A stretch of DNA of 64,000 nt from NCBI GenBank assembly GCA_965242635.1, contig OZ251471.1:1426769-1490768 (forward strand). The letters are read 5' to 3'. Of this stretch, positions 48,701 through 55,948 are shown one piece after another. The notes under the pieces were generated by a model. The model did not search any database. It saw only the letters and a list, made by a program, of their open reading frames with translations, and was not told the origin of the DNA. Each line of letters opens with the position of its first letter. The stretch's first letter is position 1. The DNA comes from Bdellovibrionales bacterium (GTDB lineage Bacteria; Bdellovibrionota; Bdellovibrionia; Bdellovibrionales; UBA1609). A program made the position numbers and the translations under genes.

Positions 48701-48920
48701 GGATACGGTCAATGGTGATGCCCGTCTCCTTCAAGCCCCTGAGGTAGTGGGGGGCATACGCGTGCTCAGACAAAAAGTCTTTCAGTTGTCGCATGATATA
48801 GCGATAGACACTTTGGTCCTCTGCTGTGTATTTGCGGTAATTTTGAGCCACGATATATTTTTTCAAGTGGGCTGGAACAGCCACCGGGCTTGGGTTTTTT
48901 TTTAGTTTTTTTTGTTTCAT
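45786..48920 (-). CDS. Fusion ORF: aromatic amino-acid hydroxylase-like domain (aa 1-574) + internal signal/TM segment + Cys-rich HExxH metallopeptidase-like domain
   Basis: 'PDIIHEASGHTPFL' and 'WWTSEYGL' (2-His-1-Glu iron pattern). In-frame 'MKRFCVLAVWGLLLFPFPS' at ATG 47198. 'HEVLHLTGLCDEY' at 46215-46229. Confidence 0.7.
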   Translation of the reverse strand: MKQKKLKKNPSPVAVPAHLKKYIVAQNYRKYTAEDQSVYRYIMRQLKDFLSEHAYAPHYLRGLKETGITIDRIPRISDIDRQLKKLGWRAVPVSGFIPPSAFMEFQLKNILPVASALRTRDHISYTPAPDIIHEASGHTPFLVHPVFNSFLQAYAKVVIKAITNRQDFEQYSAIRHLSDIKENPRSTKRQIQQAEEHLKNITHQMGALSESSRLSRFIWWTSEYGLTGPLKSPKIYGAGLLSSLGEAKACLSPAVRKIPLSASCVEYSYDITKYQPQLFVTPDFETLHMVLEDLAKQLAFYRGGAYGLKQAQKAGTVCTLELETGLQISGVLEHYVQQKGQPAFIKLKGPSQLSYGGNQLKGHGTKTHAEGYSSPLGPLKGEDKPLHQTPLSEFKRKHTQKNGGRIKLNFHSGWVLEGQYVSSVLKNKHPLLVRFKDCRVYKGSKVYYRPEWGMFDLALGKQVKSVFGGPADRLSYGERESFEVARVPAPVWTVKQKQAFSFYRKIRKVREEGLSSTLASLMEEYNKKFSDNYLMGVELWELMQTFHKKKEESILKKHLVKMDKKRPDLFIKNAMKRFCVLAVWGLLLFPFPSESFYAEIYRACINSEKPFSCAKQEWQKRQSAVDSQTGQALAEMKQSSVKCPSNCSNGFWPRAVRFGSAEGYTEIKDQIKMQGPECAQNILDTLQEQIQNLRFPEECVNGENRICAFLSKHLDTLNGKISELLDMAGITEESTSAKALCLECESSASTDEITEMKNLVNDLKEQSQCQLPKAGEEKIVQTGKPLNQSYVLKKEPDGSYSIPFNISFSADKDYDGPVPRQHAEDYYMKKAQECMQKASTKMLGPGGKKLKIVLKSPPPKEKDPCRGKNTKEIKIGSSAHRSHAGKYSSDIDCPTITHEVLHLTGLCDEYEETQMGYYVHPFTGEVKGATQDKDKPDSKAMDLSPAYDFKPAYDCRVTRPNSIMSNQYERWDNVFEKGENASLLQSGQFNRLLYGTCEEKNKMFNECSQLAYQSSVKEPDCLAKKAKCEGQSGSGRPGKGGDRP

Positions 48921-49061
48921 TGTGTGACTCTTCTCTGAATCTTGAAATTCCTTCTTATACTATTTCTTATCGGCTGTTTTCAATCAAAATCAAGTGGTTT
49001 TGTTGGATTCCCGCCTGCCGGCGGCATGATTTTTATGTTTCAAACCCCAAGCCAGTTTGGC

Positions 49062-50564
49062 TTAAAACTGCCGGAAAATTCTTTGGCAGGAAAACAGCCA
49101 GCCCAGTTTGCTTTTTTGTTCCGGCTTAAGCTGGCGGGCACGAAGTAAAATATTCCAGGCCGTTTTTTTGGCCGGGGGGGAGATATAGTCAGCAAACACT
49201 ATTCGTATCAGTGTTTCCACTGTCTCCGAGCTGGGGTTATGCCTGTCAAAAAGCTTTTCGACGGTTTTTAGGGTTTCAGGAAAGGGTGAGGCGGATATAC
49301 TGGCCCGGATCAGGACCTGTTCCGTGACTGGGCGAAGAAAATATTGTGTTTCAAGCAGGTTCCTGGCCCTCTCCCTGATAAACTCTGAAACATCGGGGTT
49401 GGGTGAAACAATTTGTTCCGCAAGGGCTTTTTCTGTCTCATGGCGTAAGCCTTTTCTGCTCTGTAAAAGAGAAAAAGCCAAATAAGAGGGGCTGAGCTGG
49501 CCTTTGTCAGCCAAAGGGTCTTTGCTCAAAGGGCTTTGTGCTTTGGCGGGGGGCTGGCGGGGCTCCTCTGTCAGGGGCCAGCGGGGTTCTTCTGTCATGG
49601 CCAGTTGCAACAGTTCCCATTCCACCGCCAGATTCAGCTCTTTTGTTTGTGACATAATCACAAAAGCCTGATCCCCCAATATATGGTTGTTGTGGTGGGA
49701 GGGAGGGGCTGTGGCCATTTGCATCAGTTCCCACTGAACAGGGGGGGAAAGAGGGATGGAAGATAAAATTTGCCTGCTGATTTCTGTTAGATCAGGGTAA
49801 CCGAGTGTGCTCACCAGCACTTTTTGCATAAGCAGATGGGATGAGATGACAATATTTGTGGCTTTGGACAGGGCACTTTTCATCTTTTTAATGCGATCTT
49901 CCTCTGAAGAATGGGGCTGAACAAGAAGGCCGGGAGAAAAAACCAGCTCTTTTAATAAAGTGTATTGCAGATAGGGATTGAGCGAAATGGAGTGGGATTC
50001 CATAAAAGCCAAAACTCTTTTTCTTTCATATAAAAAGGGGCTTGAGAGCTGGAATTGCCATTTCTGCTCTTCTGCATTTAATGGCTGAGCACGGCTCAAA
50101 GCTTTTTCCGCCTCCATTCGGACGGCCACACTGGCATCCATTAAAGCCATCTCCATAAGTTTTTGCTGAACAGGGGCTGACTCCAGGTCCTGGGAATCCA
50201 GGCTTTTGAGAGTGCCTAAACGCACCTTGGCATTTACTGCAAACAGGCCTTTGGGCAAATGAGGCCAGCCGGCCAAGTGGGCCTCAGAGACCAACACCGT
50301 TTCACTTGGAGCAGGACCGGAGAACCTCGCAGGGCCTGCCGGGGCCAGGGGGCTACCGGAGAACTCCACAGGGCCTGCCGGGGCCAGGGGGCCACCGGAG
50401 AACTCCACAGGGCCTGCCGGGGCCAGGGGGCCACCGGAGAACCTCAAAGGGGGGCCTGTAGGGGCTTGGGCAGGACCGGAGAACCTCGCAGGGGGGCCTG
50501 TGTGGGCCAGGGCACCACTTGTGAGGCCTGTGATGAGAAAAAAGCAAAGCATGCCTGTTTTCAT
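49062..50564 (-). CDS. Secreted repeat protein (N-terminal 13-aa tandem repeats, helical HEAT-like body)
   Basis: Signal peptide. 39-bp DNA repeats at 50341-50457 encode 'GPLAPAGPVEFSG'. 'ASVAVRMEAEKAL'-type helices. Confidence 0.55.
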   Translation of the reverse strand: MKTGMLCFFLITGLTSGALAHTGPPARFSGPAQAPTGPPLRFSGGPLAPAGPVEFSGGPLAPAGPVEFSGSPLAPAGPARFSGPAPSETVLVSEAHLAGWPHLPKGLFAVNAKVRLGTLKSLDSQDLESAPVQQKLMEMALMDASVAVRMEAEKALSRAQPLNAEEQKWQFQLSSPFLYERKRVLAFMESHSISLNPYLQYTLLKELVFSPGLLVQPHSSEEDRIKKMKSALSKATNIVISSHLLMQKVLVSTLGYPDLTEISRQILSSIPLSPPVQWELMQMATAPPSHHNNHILGDQAFVIMSQTKELNLAVEWELLQLAMTEEPRWPLTEEPRQPPAKAQSPLSKDPLADKGQLSPSYLAFSLLQSRKGLRHETEKALAEQIVSPNPDVSEFIRERARNLLETQYFLRPVTEQVLIRASISASPFPETLKTVEKLFDRHNPSSETVETLIRIVFADYISPPAKKTAWNILLRARQLKPEQKSKLGWLFSCQRIFRQF

Positions 50565-50608
50565 AACAGGGCTTTTTTACAGCACTTTTTTTCTGATGGC
50601 AAGGGGGA

Positions 50609-50971
50609 TTATTTTCTTACTTTTGTTTTCCTGACAGAGGCAGGCATCACCCTTTTATTATCCTTTTTATCTTGACTTCCTATTAGCTTTTGATTCATGG
50701 ACGCCAGAAGAGCATCCTCCAATCGTGCCATACGATCATTATTAACACGCTCTATAGCACTATGGGTATACTCAAAATAAGTAAAGAAAGCTATAACAAA
50801 AATAGTGATAAGACCAACCTCCAACCTTGTTCTTTCTCTAAACTTGTTGTCAATAACTTCTATTATACTGTCTTTTATATCCCTTTGAAATAACTGAAAC
50901 TCATGTTTCATTTCCTGTTTAAACAGTGCAAAATCTTGTGGTGTGACGGCATTTGTTTTTGGTTCAGCCAT
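50609..50971 (-). CDS. Small coiled-coil + single-TM hypothetical protein
   Basis: 'FALFKQEMKHEFQLFQRDIKD' heptads, then TM 'GLITIFVIAFFTYF'. AT-rich. Confidence 0.45.
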   Translation of the reverse strand: MAEPKTNAVTPQDFALFKQEMKHEFQLFQRDIKDSIIEVIDNKFRERTRLEVGLITIFVIAFFTYFEYTHSAIERVNNDRMARLEDALLASMNQKLIGSQDKKDNKRVMPASVRKTKVRK

Positions 50972-51169
50972 AACTTCCTTTCTTGGTTTTATTATAACAC
51001 AAATTATACAAAAGACAATGGACTTTGGCCCGATTTTTTTAAAAAAATAGCATAAAAGTCAATTCATAATACACCGTGTCATTTTCTCCTGAAAGCCAAG
51101 TTTTCAAGCTCCCTGTGCATGAGCTTGGCATAAGACGAACGCCCGGCCTGGATTTTGAACATTCCCATT

Positions 51170-51235
51170 TTGTCCCGGATTTGTCCCGGATTTGTCCCGG
51201 ACTTGTCCCGGACTTGTCCCGGTTCTGTCCCTGGA
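51170..51235. repeat. 11-bp tandem repeat x6
   Basis: TTGTCCCGGAT x2, TTGTCCCGGAC x2, TTGTCCCGGTT, CTGTCCCTGGA. The core GTCC-C-GGAC is palindromic. Confidence 0.95.
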
Positions 51236-51321
51236 CCACTTTTATCTTATCGGTCATTTCCGGAACACTTAAAGCTTTTTTTGAAATCTCTCAAAATGAG
51301 GCACCAATCAGGACCATGACG

Positions 51322-51436
51322 GACTTAAACCACACTGGTTTTGAAAAGGGTGTTGCTTTTGGACTGTTTTCCTCCCACAGGGCAAATGTAAAACATGCAT
51401 TTTCAAACAAGATCAGTATAAGACCATTTTTGGGGG
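51322..51436. repeat. Right copy of the ~105-bp direct repeat (degenerate)
   Basis: GACTTAAACCACACTGGTTTTGAAAAGGGTGTTGCTT...TTTTCAAACAAGATCAGTATAAG. Confidence 0.8.
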
Positions 51437-51521
51437 CTTGACAGCCACAAACCAGGTGGTGTATAAGAGGCCTGTAGTAAACCGGCCTTTTTTCAGGACC
51501 GATCCAAGAGGTTTTATAGCC

Positions 51522-52496
51522 ATGATCCATCAGATCACAAATACCCCAAACCAAAAAGCCTGCCGGCAGGGCCAAGGCCCCATCTCGCTTGTTTGTCCGG
51601 GGCTGGCCCTTGTTATTTTTGCCACCCTGTTTTTCGGACTGGGGGCCTGCAACCAAAATCAGGCCGGAAAGCGTGGCTCCGACAGCCAACTGGTGGACAT
51701 AAGAATATCCAGTGGAGGGGAAGCTTTGGGTGGGAGGCCCTTGGTGTATCTCCATGAAGGCGGGACAAAGATATGCCGGAGGGGCTTGCCCGATCCAAAG
51801 GTCTATGGTCTGACCCATAAAAACTGTGGAATAGAGGAGGAGGAAGAAGAGGAGACGGCTTCCGACACCGGCACCACAACCACCACCACAGACACGGAGA
51901 CCACAACCACCACAGAAGAAGAAGAGGAGGATAACGAAATACCCCATACGGTGGGGAAAAACTGGTTTGAAACTGGCCTGTTTATTGTCAATAAATCCAC
52001 AACAGAGTGGCTTATTATAGAAAGCATCTCTTTTACAATATATGGCACCTGGGGCAATACAGCTTTGCAGGGGCAAAAGGAGCTTAGCTCCGGTTATTGT
52101 GGCACGACTCCACTTTATAAAATTCCCCCTTCCCCCAAAGGTTCCTCCGCCAATTCCACACAGGTCCGACGCGACTTATTGTATCAGCCCAACCAGAGCG
52201 ATGTCCTGAACAACCTGAAATTGTATATCGATGGAGTGCCCATCCCCACTGCCCCGCCGGAGACGAGGGATGCGGAAGGGGGAGGGGGGGGGGAGCAGGC
52301 CCGATCCCCAGGAGATCAGGGGACAGCAGGGGGCAATCAGGTTGAACCTGAGCCTGAGCTTTTTGTCTTGGATCGTCTGCCCCATTACCGGGTGCAGGCT
52401 TTGGCACGTGGGTATTGGATAAACGAAAAATGTGAAACCATGCACAACTTCGAAAAAAAGTTCCGCTTTTCCCTCTCCTCCTCCTTCCAAAACTAA
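51522..52496 (+). CDS. Lipoprotein with acidic/Thr-rich linker
   Basis: 'LVIFATLFFGLGAC' lipobox. 'EEEEEEETASDTGTTTTTTDTETTTTTEEEEED'. Contains an in-frame G10 tract. Preferred over antisense ORF 51291..52076. Confidence 0.6.
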   Translation: MIHQITNTPNQKACRQGQGPISLVCPGLALVIFATLFFGLGACNQNQAGKRGSDSQLVDIRISSGGEALGGRPLVYLHEGGTKICRRGLPDPKVYGLTHKNCGIEEEEEEETASDTGTTTTTTDTETTTTTEEEEEDNEIPHTVGKNWFETGLFIVNKSTTEWLIIESISFTIYGTWGNTALQGQKELSSGYCGTTPLYKIPPSPKGSSANSTQVRRDLLYQPNQSDVLNNLKLYIDGVPIPTAPPETRDAEGGGGGEQARSPGDQGTAGGNQVEPEPELFVLDRLPHYRVQALARGYWINEKCETMHNFEKKFRFSLSSSFQN

Positions 52497-52547
52497 CCCC
52501 AGGGGTTGACATTGGTGTTGTATATGATACCATGAGGGAAATCAAAA

Positions 52548-52761
52548 GTGGGAGCGGAACTGCCGGACCTGATGGCTCATGGAAATACACAGGAGCAGGC
52601 TTTGAAACAGGTAAAAACGGCGGTTTGACAAGTTAAGCGAGCGATTTGACAGGCAAAACGAACGGCTTGACAAACAAAATGAGCGGTTTGACAGGCAATA
52701 TGAATTGCTTTTGAAAGAGAGAGCCTTCGAATCAGTCCTGAGTCCTGTAGGCCGGCTTTAG
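52548..52761 (+). pseudogene. Decayed remnants: HicB-like antitoxin fragment followed, in another frame, by a heptad coiled-coil fragment
   Basis: 'VGAELPDLMAHGNTQEQALKQVKTAV*' (52548-52628), then 'RFDKLSERFDRQNERLDKQNERFDRQYELLLKE..' with no start codon. Confidence 0.3.
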
Positions 52762-52938
52762 CCTTGCTCAGAATGAACTATTGTGAAAAAAACCTGTTGT
52801 TTGCGTTCAATGTTTGCAGTTAATAAGTCTGGGTTTCCATTCTGCTGGCGGACCCAAAATGACCCAAAAGGGCTGAAAATGTTCAAATCCCTCTTTTTTG
52901 TATTGACTTAATGACTTATATATGAGACATTGTCATTT

Positions 52939-53265
52939 ATGAAGCCCATTGATTTTCATCCTAAAGCTTTAAGAACCATCAGGAGTTTTTCTCCTTCTGT
53001 TCGAAAAGTGATAGGCCATGCCCTTATGGAACTGCAAAAAGGCCACAAACTCTCCATGCCTTTGTCCCGGCCTGTGAAGTTAGTGGGACCTGGTGTGGAG
53101 GAAATCAGAGGCAAGGATTCAAAAAGTATATACAGAGTCTTGTATTTGGCTCGACTGAAATACAGAATAATAGTTTTTTATGCTTTTATAAAAAAAACAC
53201 AAAAAATCCCCAAACAGGATATTAAAACAGCAAAACAAAGACTAAAGGAGGTGCTAAATGGCTAA
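52939..53265 (+). CDS. RelE/HigB-like toxin (phage Gp49-like family)
   Basis: 'MKPIDFHPKALRTIRSF..VEEIRGKDSKSIYRVLYLARLKYRIIVFYAFIKKTQKIPKQDIKTAKQRLKE'. Confidence 0.8.
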   Translation: MKPIDFHPKALRTIRSFSPSVRKVIGHALMELQKGHKLSMPLSRPVKLVGPGVEEIRGKDSKSIYRVLYLARLKYRIIVFYAFIKKTQKIPKQDIKTAKQRLKEVLNG

Positions 53266-53557
53266 AGTTAAAACAGTAAGAGCCAACACGGCCAAAGAAC
53301 TTATTAAAATGCTGGATTTATCTCCAGCGGAAGGGGCGGAACTGATTTTTCGAGGGGAGCTTAACTCGCAAATTATAAAAATTGTTCAAAGAAAGAAGCT
53401 CACTCATGCTCAGTTAGCGATATTGACAGGCAGTTCCAGAACGCGGATGACAGCACTTTTAAACAGAAATATCTCAGACATCTCTACAGATTTAATGCTG
53501 AGAGTACTGTCCACCCTTGGATATAAGCCAAGTTTGAAAATCACAAAATCAGCTTAA
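53258..53557 (+). CDS. XRE-family HTH antitoxin
   Basis: 'LTHAQLAILTGSSRTRMTALLNRNISDISTDLMLRVLSTLG'. 8-nt overlap with the toxin gene. Confidence 0.8.
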   Translation: MAKVKTVRANTAKELIKMLDLSPAEGAELIFRGELNSQIIKIVQRKKLTHAQLAILTGSSRTRMTALLNRNISDISTDLMLRVLSTLGYKPSLKITKSA

Positions 53558-53602
53558 GCGGGAAGAGGCAAGTAATAACAGCAAAACAAAGACTAAAGGA
53601 GC

Positions 53603-53786
53603 TTGTTTGAATCGCTTGTGTCCAAAGTTCGCACCGTTGAATGGCCTGTGAACAACTCTGTTGTTTTCGTTCAATAAGTCCTATGGGCAAGCTTTAGCCT
53701 TGTTCGGGACGGCCATCCGTGGCCTCAGGCCGGTCTGATCCGTCCGTGGGACGGAGCCCTCACCGGCTAAAGCCTGCCCATAGGAA
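53603..53786. repeat. ~180-bp structured element, copy 1
   Basis: Ends in a long hairpin TCCTATGGGCAAGCTTTAGCC ... GGCTAAAGCCTGCCCATAGGA, which encloses GC-rich mini-hairpins. Confidence 0.85.
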
Positions 53787-53831
53787 AATACAAATGAGCT
53801 TTCAAAGACCGCCGTTCCTGTATGCTCTGTC

Positions 53832-53851
53832 ATTCCCGCGAAAGCGGGAAT
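53832..53851. repeat. REP-like palindrome ATTCCCGCGAAAGCGGGAAT
   Basis: Perfect copy between the two structured-element copies. Confidence 0.9.
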
Positions 53852-53939
53852 CCAGTCAAAAAAACCTTTAAGTGAATTTATGTGCTTTTGGGCTTAACAA
53901 AACACACTTGGGCGATTACCAGATGGCCTGTGAAAACCC

Positions 53940-54115
53940 TGTTGTTTGAATCGCTTGTGTCCAAAGTTCGCACCGTTGAATGGCCCGTGAACAAAACCCT
54001 GTTGTTTTCGTTCAATAAGTCCTATGGGCAGGCTTTAGCCTTGTTCGGGACGGCCATCCGTGGCCTCAGGCCGGTCTGATCCGTCCGTGGGACGGAGCCC
54101 TCACCGGCTAAAGCC
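53940..54115. repeat. ~180-bp structured element, copy 2 (3' arm of the outer hairpin truncated)
   Basis: Near-identical to 53603-53775 (337-bp period). Confidence 0.85.
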
Positions 54116-54137
54116 ATAAAGGAGGATGTTATGAAAT

Positions 54138-54449
54138 ATGGAATACTTTTTATATCATGTCTTTATTATTCTTTTGGCATGCCGGGCTCCTGTTCGTTCC
54201 AAACCCGCAAGCTGTATAACAAACAGCAATTTGGAATCGAGAATAGCTGATCCCCGATGTGATGTTTTTTGGGAGGGAATCGATAAGCATTGTCAGGGCT
54301 CTCAACCTTATAGTGATTTATGTCATGAAAAATGGGATGAAGCATTAAAAAAATGCAATAAGTTAATGGGGATAGAATCCTCTCCTCCCACTTTTATTTT
54401 TTTGTCAAAGGACAAAGGTTGTAAAATTAGCAATAGTCCAGACCCTTGA
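54138..54449 (+). CDS. Small Cys-rich hypothetical (possible lipoprotein); start or frame uncertain
   Basis: 'HVFIILLAC' lipobox-like. The strong AAGGAGG RBS is better spaced for ATG 54131, which is in another frame and gives only 39 aa. Confidence 0.4.
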   Translation: MEYFLYHVFIILLACRAPVRSKPASCITNSNLESRIADPRCDVFWEGIDKHCQGSQPYSDLCHEKWDEALKKCNKLMGIESSPPTFIFLSKDKGCKISNSPDP

Positions 54450-54481
54450 AAGAAAGTCAAAAAGTTTAAGAAGTCCCTTTT

Positions 54482-55636
54482 TTACAGGGTACATGCATAC
54501 CTTGGATCCAGGACACCTACACCACTACTATTATCTTTGGATATTATATTTTGACAAAACTGATTAAAGCAAGCATCAGCACCATCGCATAGTTCTTTCA
54601 ATACTTCTTGGCCCAATTTGATGGAATCCTCATTCTCTCCCTTTCTGGCTATCCTAAAATAGTTTTCGCCTTGGGTTTTGTCACTATTCATATCAAGACA
54701 ATCCGCACCAAAAGCTTGATACTGATTTCGTCTGTCTGATGGTGCCGAACTTGCCTGAACTGTTAACCTGCCATGACCTGTGAAAGAAGAAAAGTCAGAG
54801 TCACCTTGGGGAGGAGAAGTACCAGATCTTTCCCCCCACACACATACCGAAGATCTGTTGGGGGTGTCATCGCCATTCACATCTTTGTTTAGATTATCAT
54901 CACCGTCCTCTACAGGGTGTTCGCCACCCTCGGCCAAAATCTCCAACAAGGCCAGCATAATGACATAATCCTTGTCATGCTTTAACAAAAGCTCGGCCAG
55001 CCAGTCGTTGCGGGCAATCCACTCCAAAGCCTCCATCGCACCCTCACTGGAATAACCATATTGCATGTAATAATCTTTTAATTTGCAGTCCTCCCTGTCC
55101 CTGGGGTCCCGACCTGCCAGGATTTCCTTATTGGTAACAACTTTGCAATTTTCCTTTCTGCCCCTTTCAAAGCCCTTAATGGCTGTCCCGTAAAGCTCAG
55201 GGGCAAACTCCAAAAGCTCTTCCATCTCGGTTGGCTCCACACGGGCCAGCTTTCTGGGATTCCCCAAAGCCAAAAGATTGTAAGTGTCCCTGAGAGCTTG
55301 CACCTCATCCTCCTTTTTCTCGTAACAGTCCTTTTGAAGGGAAAGTCGCTCCAGCATGGAGTCGCAAAGATCCACACAGTTGTCGTTGTCAGAACAGGTG
55401 CCCTGGGATGTAAGACGCCCGCCAGCACTCTCAAAAGTGCCCTGAGAGCTGGAATTTTGAAAAGAGGCTTTGCTCCCACTCCCACTACTGGAGTTGTTAA
55501 AGCTGTAGTTGGCCAGACCACAGGAAAAACCCACAAGGGACAGGAGAAAAATCCCCCACCACAAGCGACAAACCCGCAATGCCCGTCGATAGGGCTGACC
55601 AACCGGCCCGTAACCATGTTGTTTAAAGGCTTTCAT
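54482..55636 (-). CDS. Lipoprotein, paralogue of the 17.7-kb phase-variable candidate
   Basis: 'RLWWGIFLLSLVGFSC' leader. 'CSDNDNCVDLCDSMLERLSLQKDC' gives the same C-x5-C-x3-C-x12-C spacing as 'CSEDKECKKICDELFSTNSHETAC'. Confidence 0.65.
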   Translation of the reverse strand: MKAFKQHGYGPVGQPYRRALRVCRLWWGIFLLSLVGFSCGLANYSFNNSSSGSGSKASFQNSSSQGTFESAGGRLTSQGTCSDNDNCVDLCDSMLERLSLQKDCYEKKEDEVQALRDTYNLLALGNPRKLARVEPTEMEELLEFAPELYGTAIKGFERGRKENCKVVTNKEILAGRDPRDREDCKLKDYYMQYGYSSEGAMEALEWIARNDWLAELLLKHDKDYVIMLALLEILAEGGEHPVEDGDDNLNKDVNGDDTPNRSSVCVWGERSGTSPPQGDSDFSSFTGHGRLTVQASSAPSDRRNQYQAFGADCLDMNSDKTQGENYFRIARKGENEDSIKLGQEVLKELCDGADACFNQFCQNIISKDNSSGVGVLDPRYACTL

Positions 55637-55810
55637 ACTCTCTTTATCGGCAAGCCGAAAAGCAAAATAAAGCAAAAAACATGGTTTTTCAGTGGCGATT
55701 GCCTGATGAGATAATGGCTTTTAAGCGGGTGCACTTTTGCCGGCCTTTTTCTGGCCAAAAGTCTGGCTGTCTTTGACCAACACAAAAATAAGCTGATCCA
55801 ATTTGCCATT

Positions 55811-55948
55811 GACAGCCTCAAACTGTCTGCCGACACCCTCAAACTGCTGATTTGTGTCTTTTTTAATGGTTTCAAATTGCTTGTTGACAGCCTCAAACTG
55901 CCTGCCGACAGCTTCAAACTGTCTGCCGACAGCTTCAAACTGCCTGGA
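55811..55948. repeat. 21-bp repeats (5 copies, one interruption) upstream of nfeD. On the minus strand they would encode 'RQFEAVG' heptads
   Basis: GACAGCCTCAAACTGTCTGCC-type units at 55811, 55832, 55886, 55907 and 55928. Confidence 0.85.

Noticed and set aside
51291-52076. 261-aa minus-strand ORF
   Set aside because: It overlaps the plus-strand lipoprotein gene (lipobox, acidic/Thr linker). Part of it is translated from the decayed direct-repeat copy (PFSKPVWF also appears in spurious ORF 45432..45728).
55078-55617. 179-aa alternative-frame ORF inside 54482..55636; likewise 56590..57273 inside nfeD
   Set aside because: They are same-strand overlapping frames within genes that have clear motif support. 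They are rich in Pro/Arg/Gly, typical of off-frame translation.
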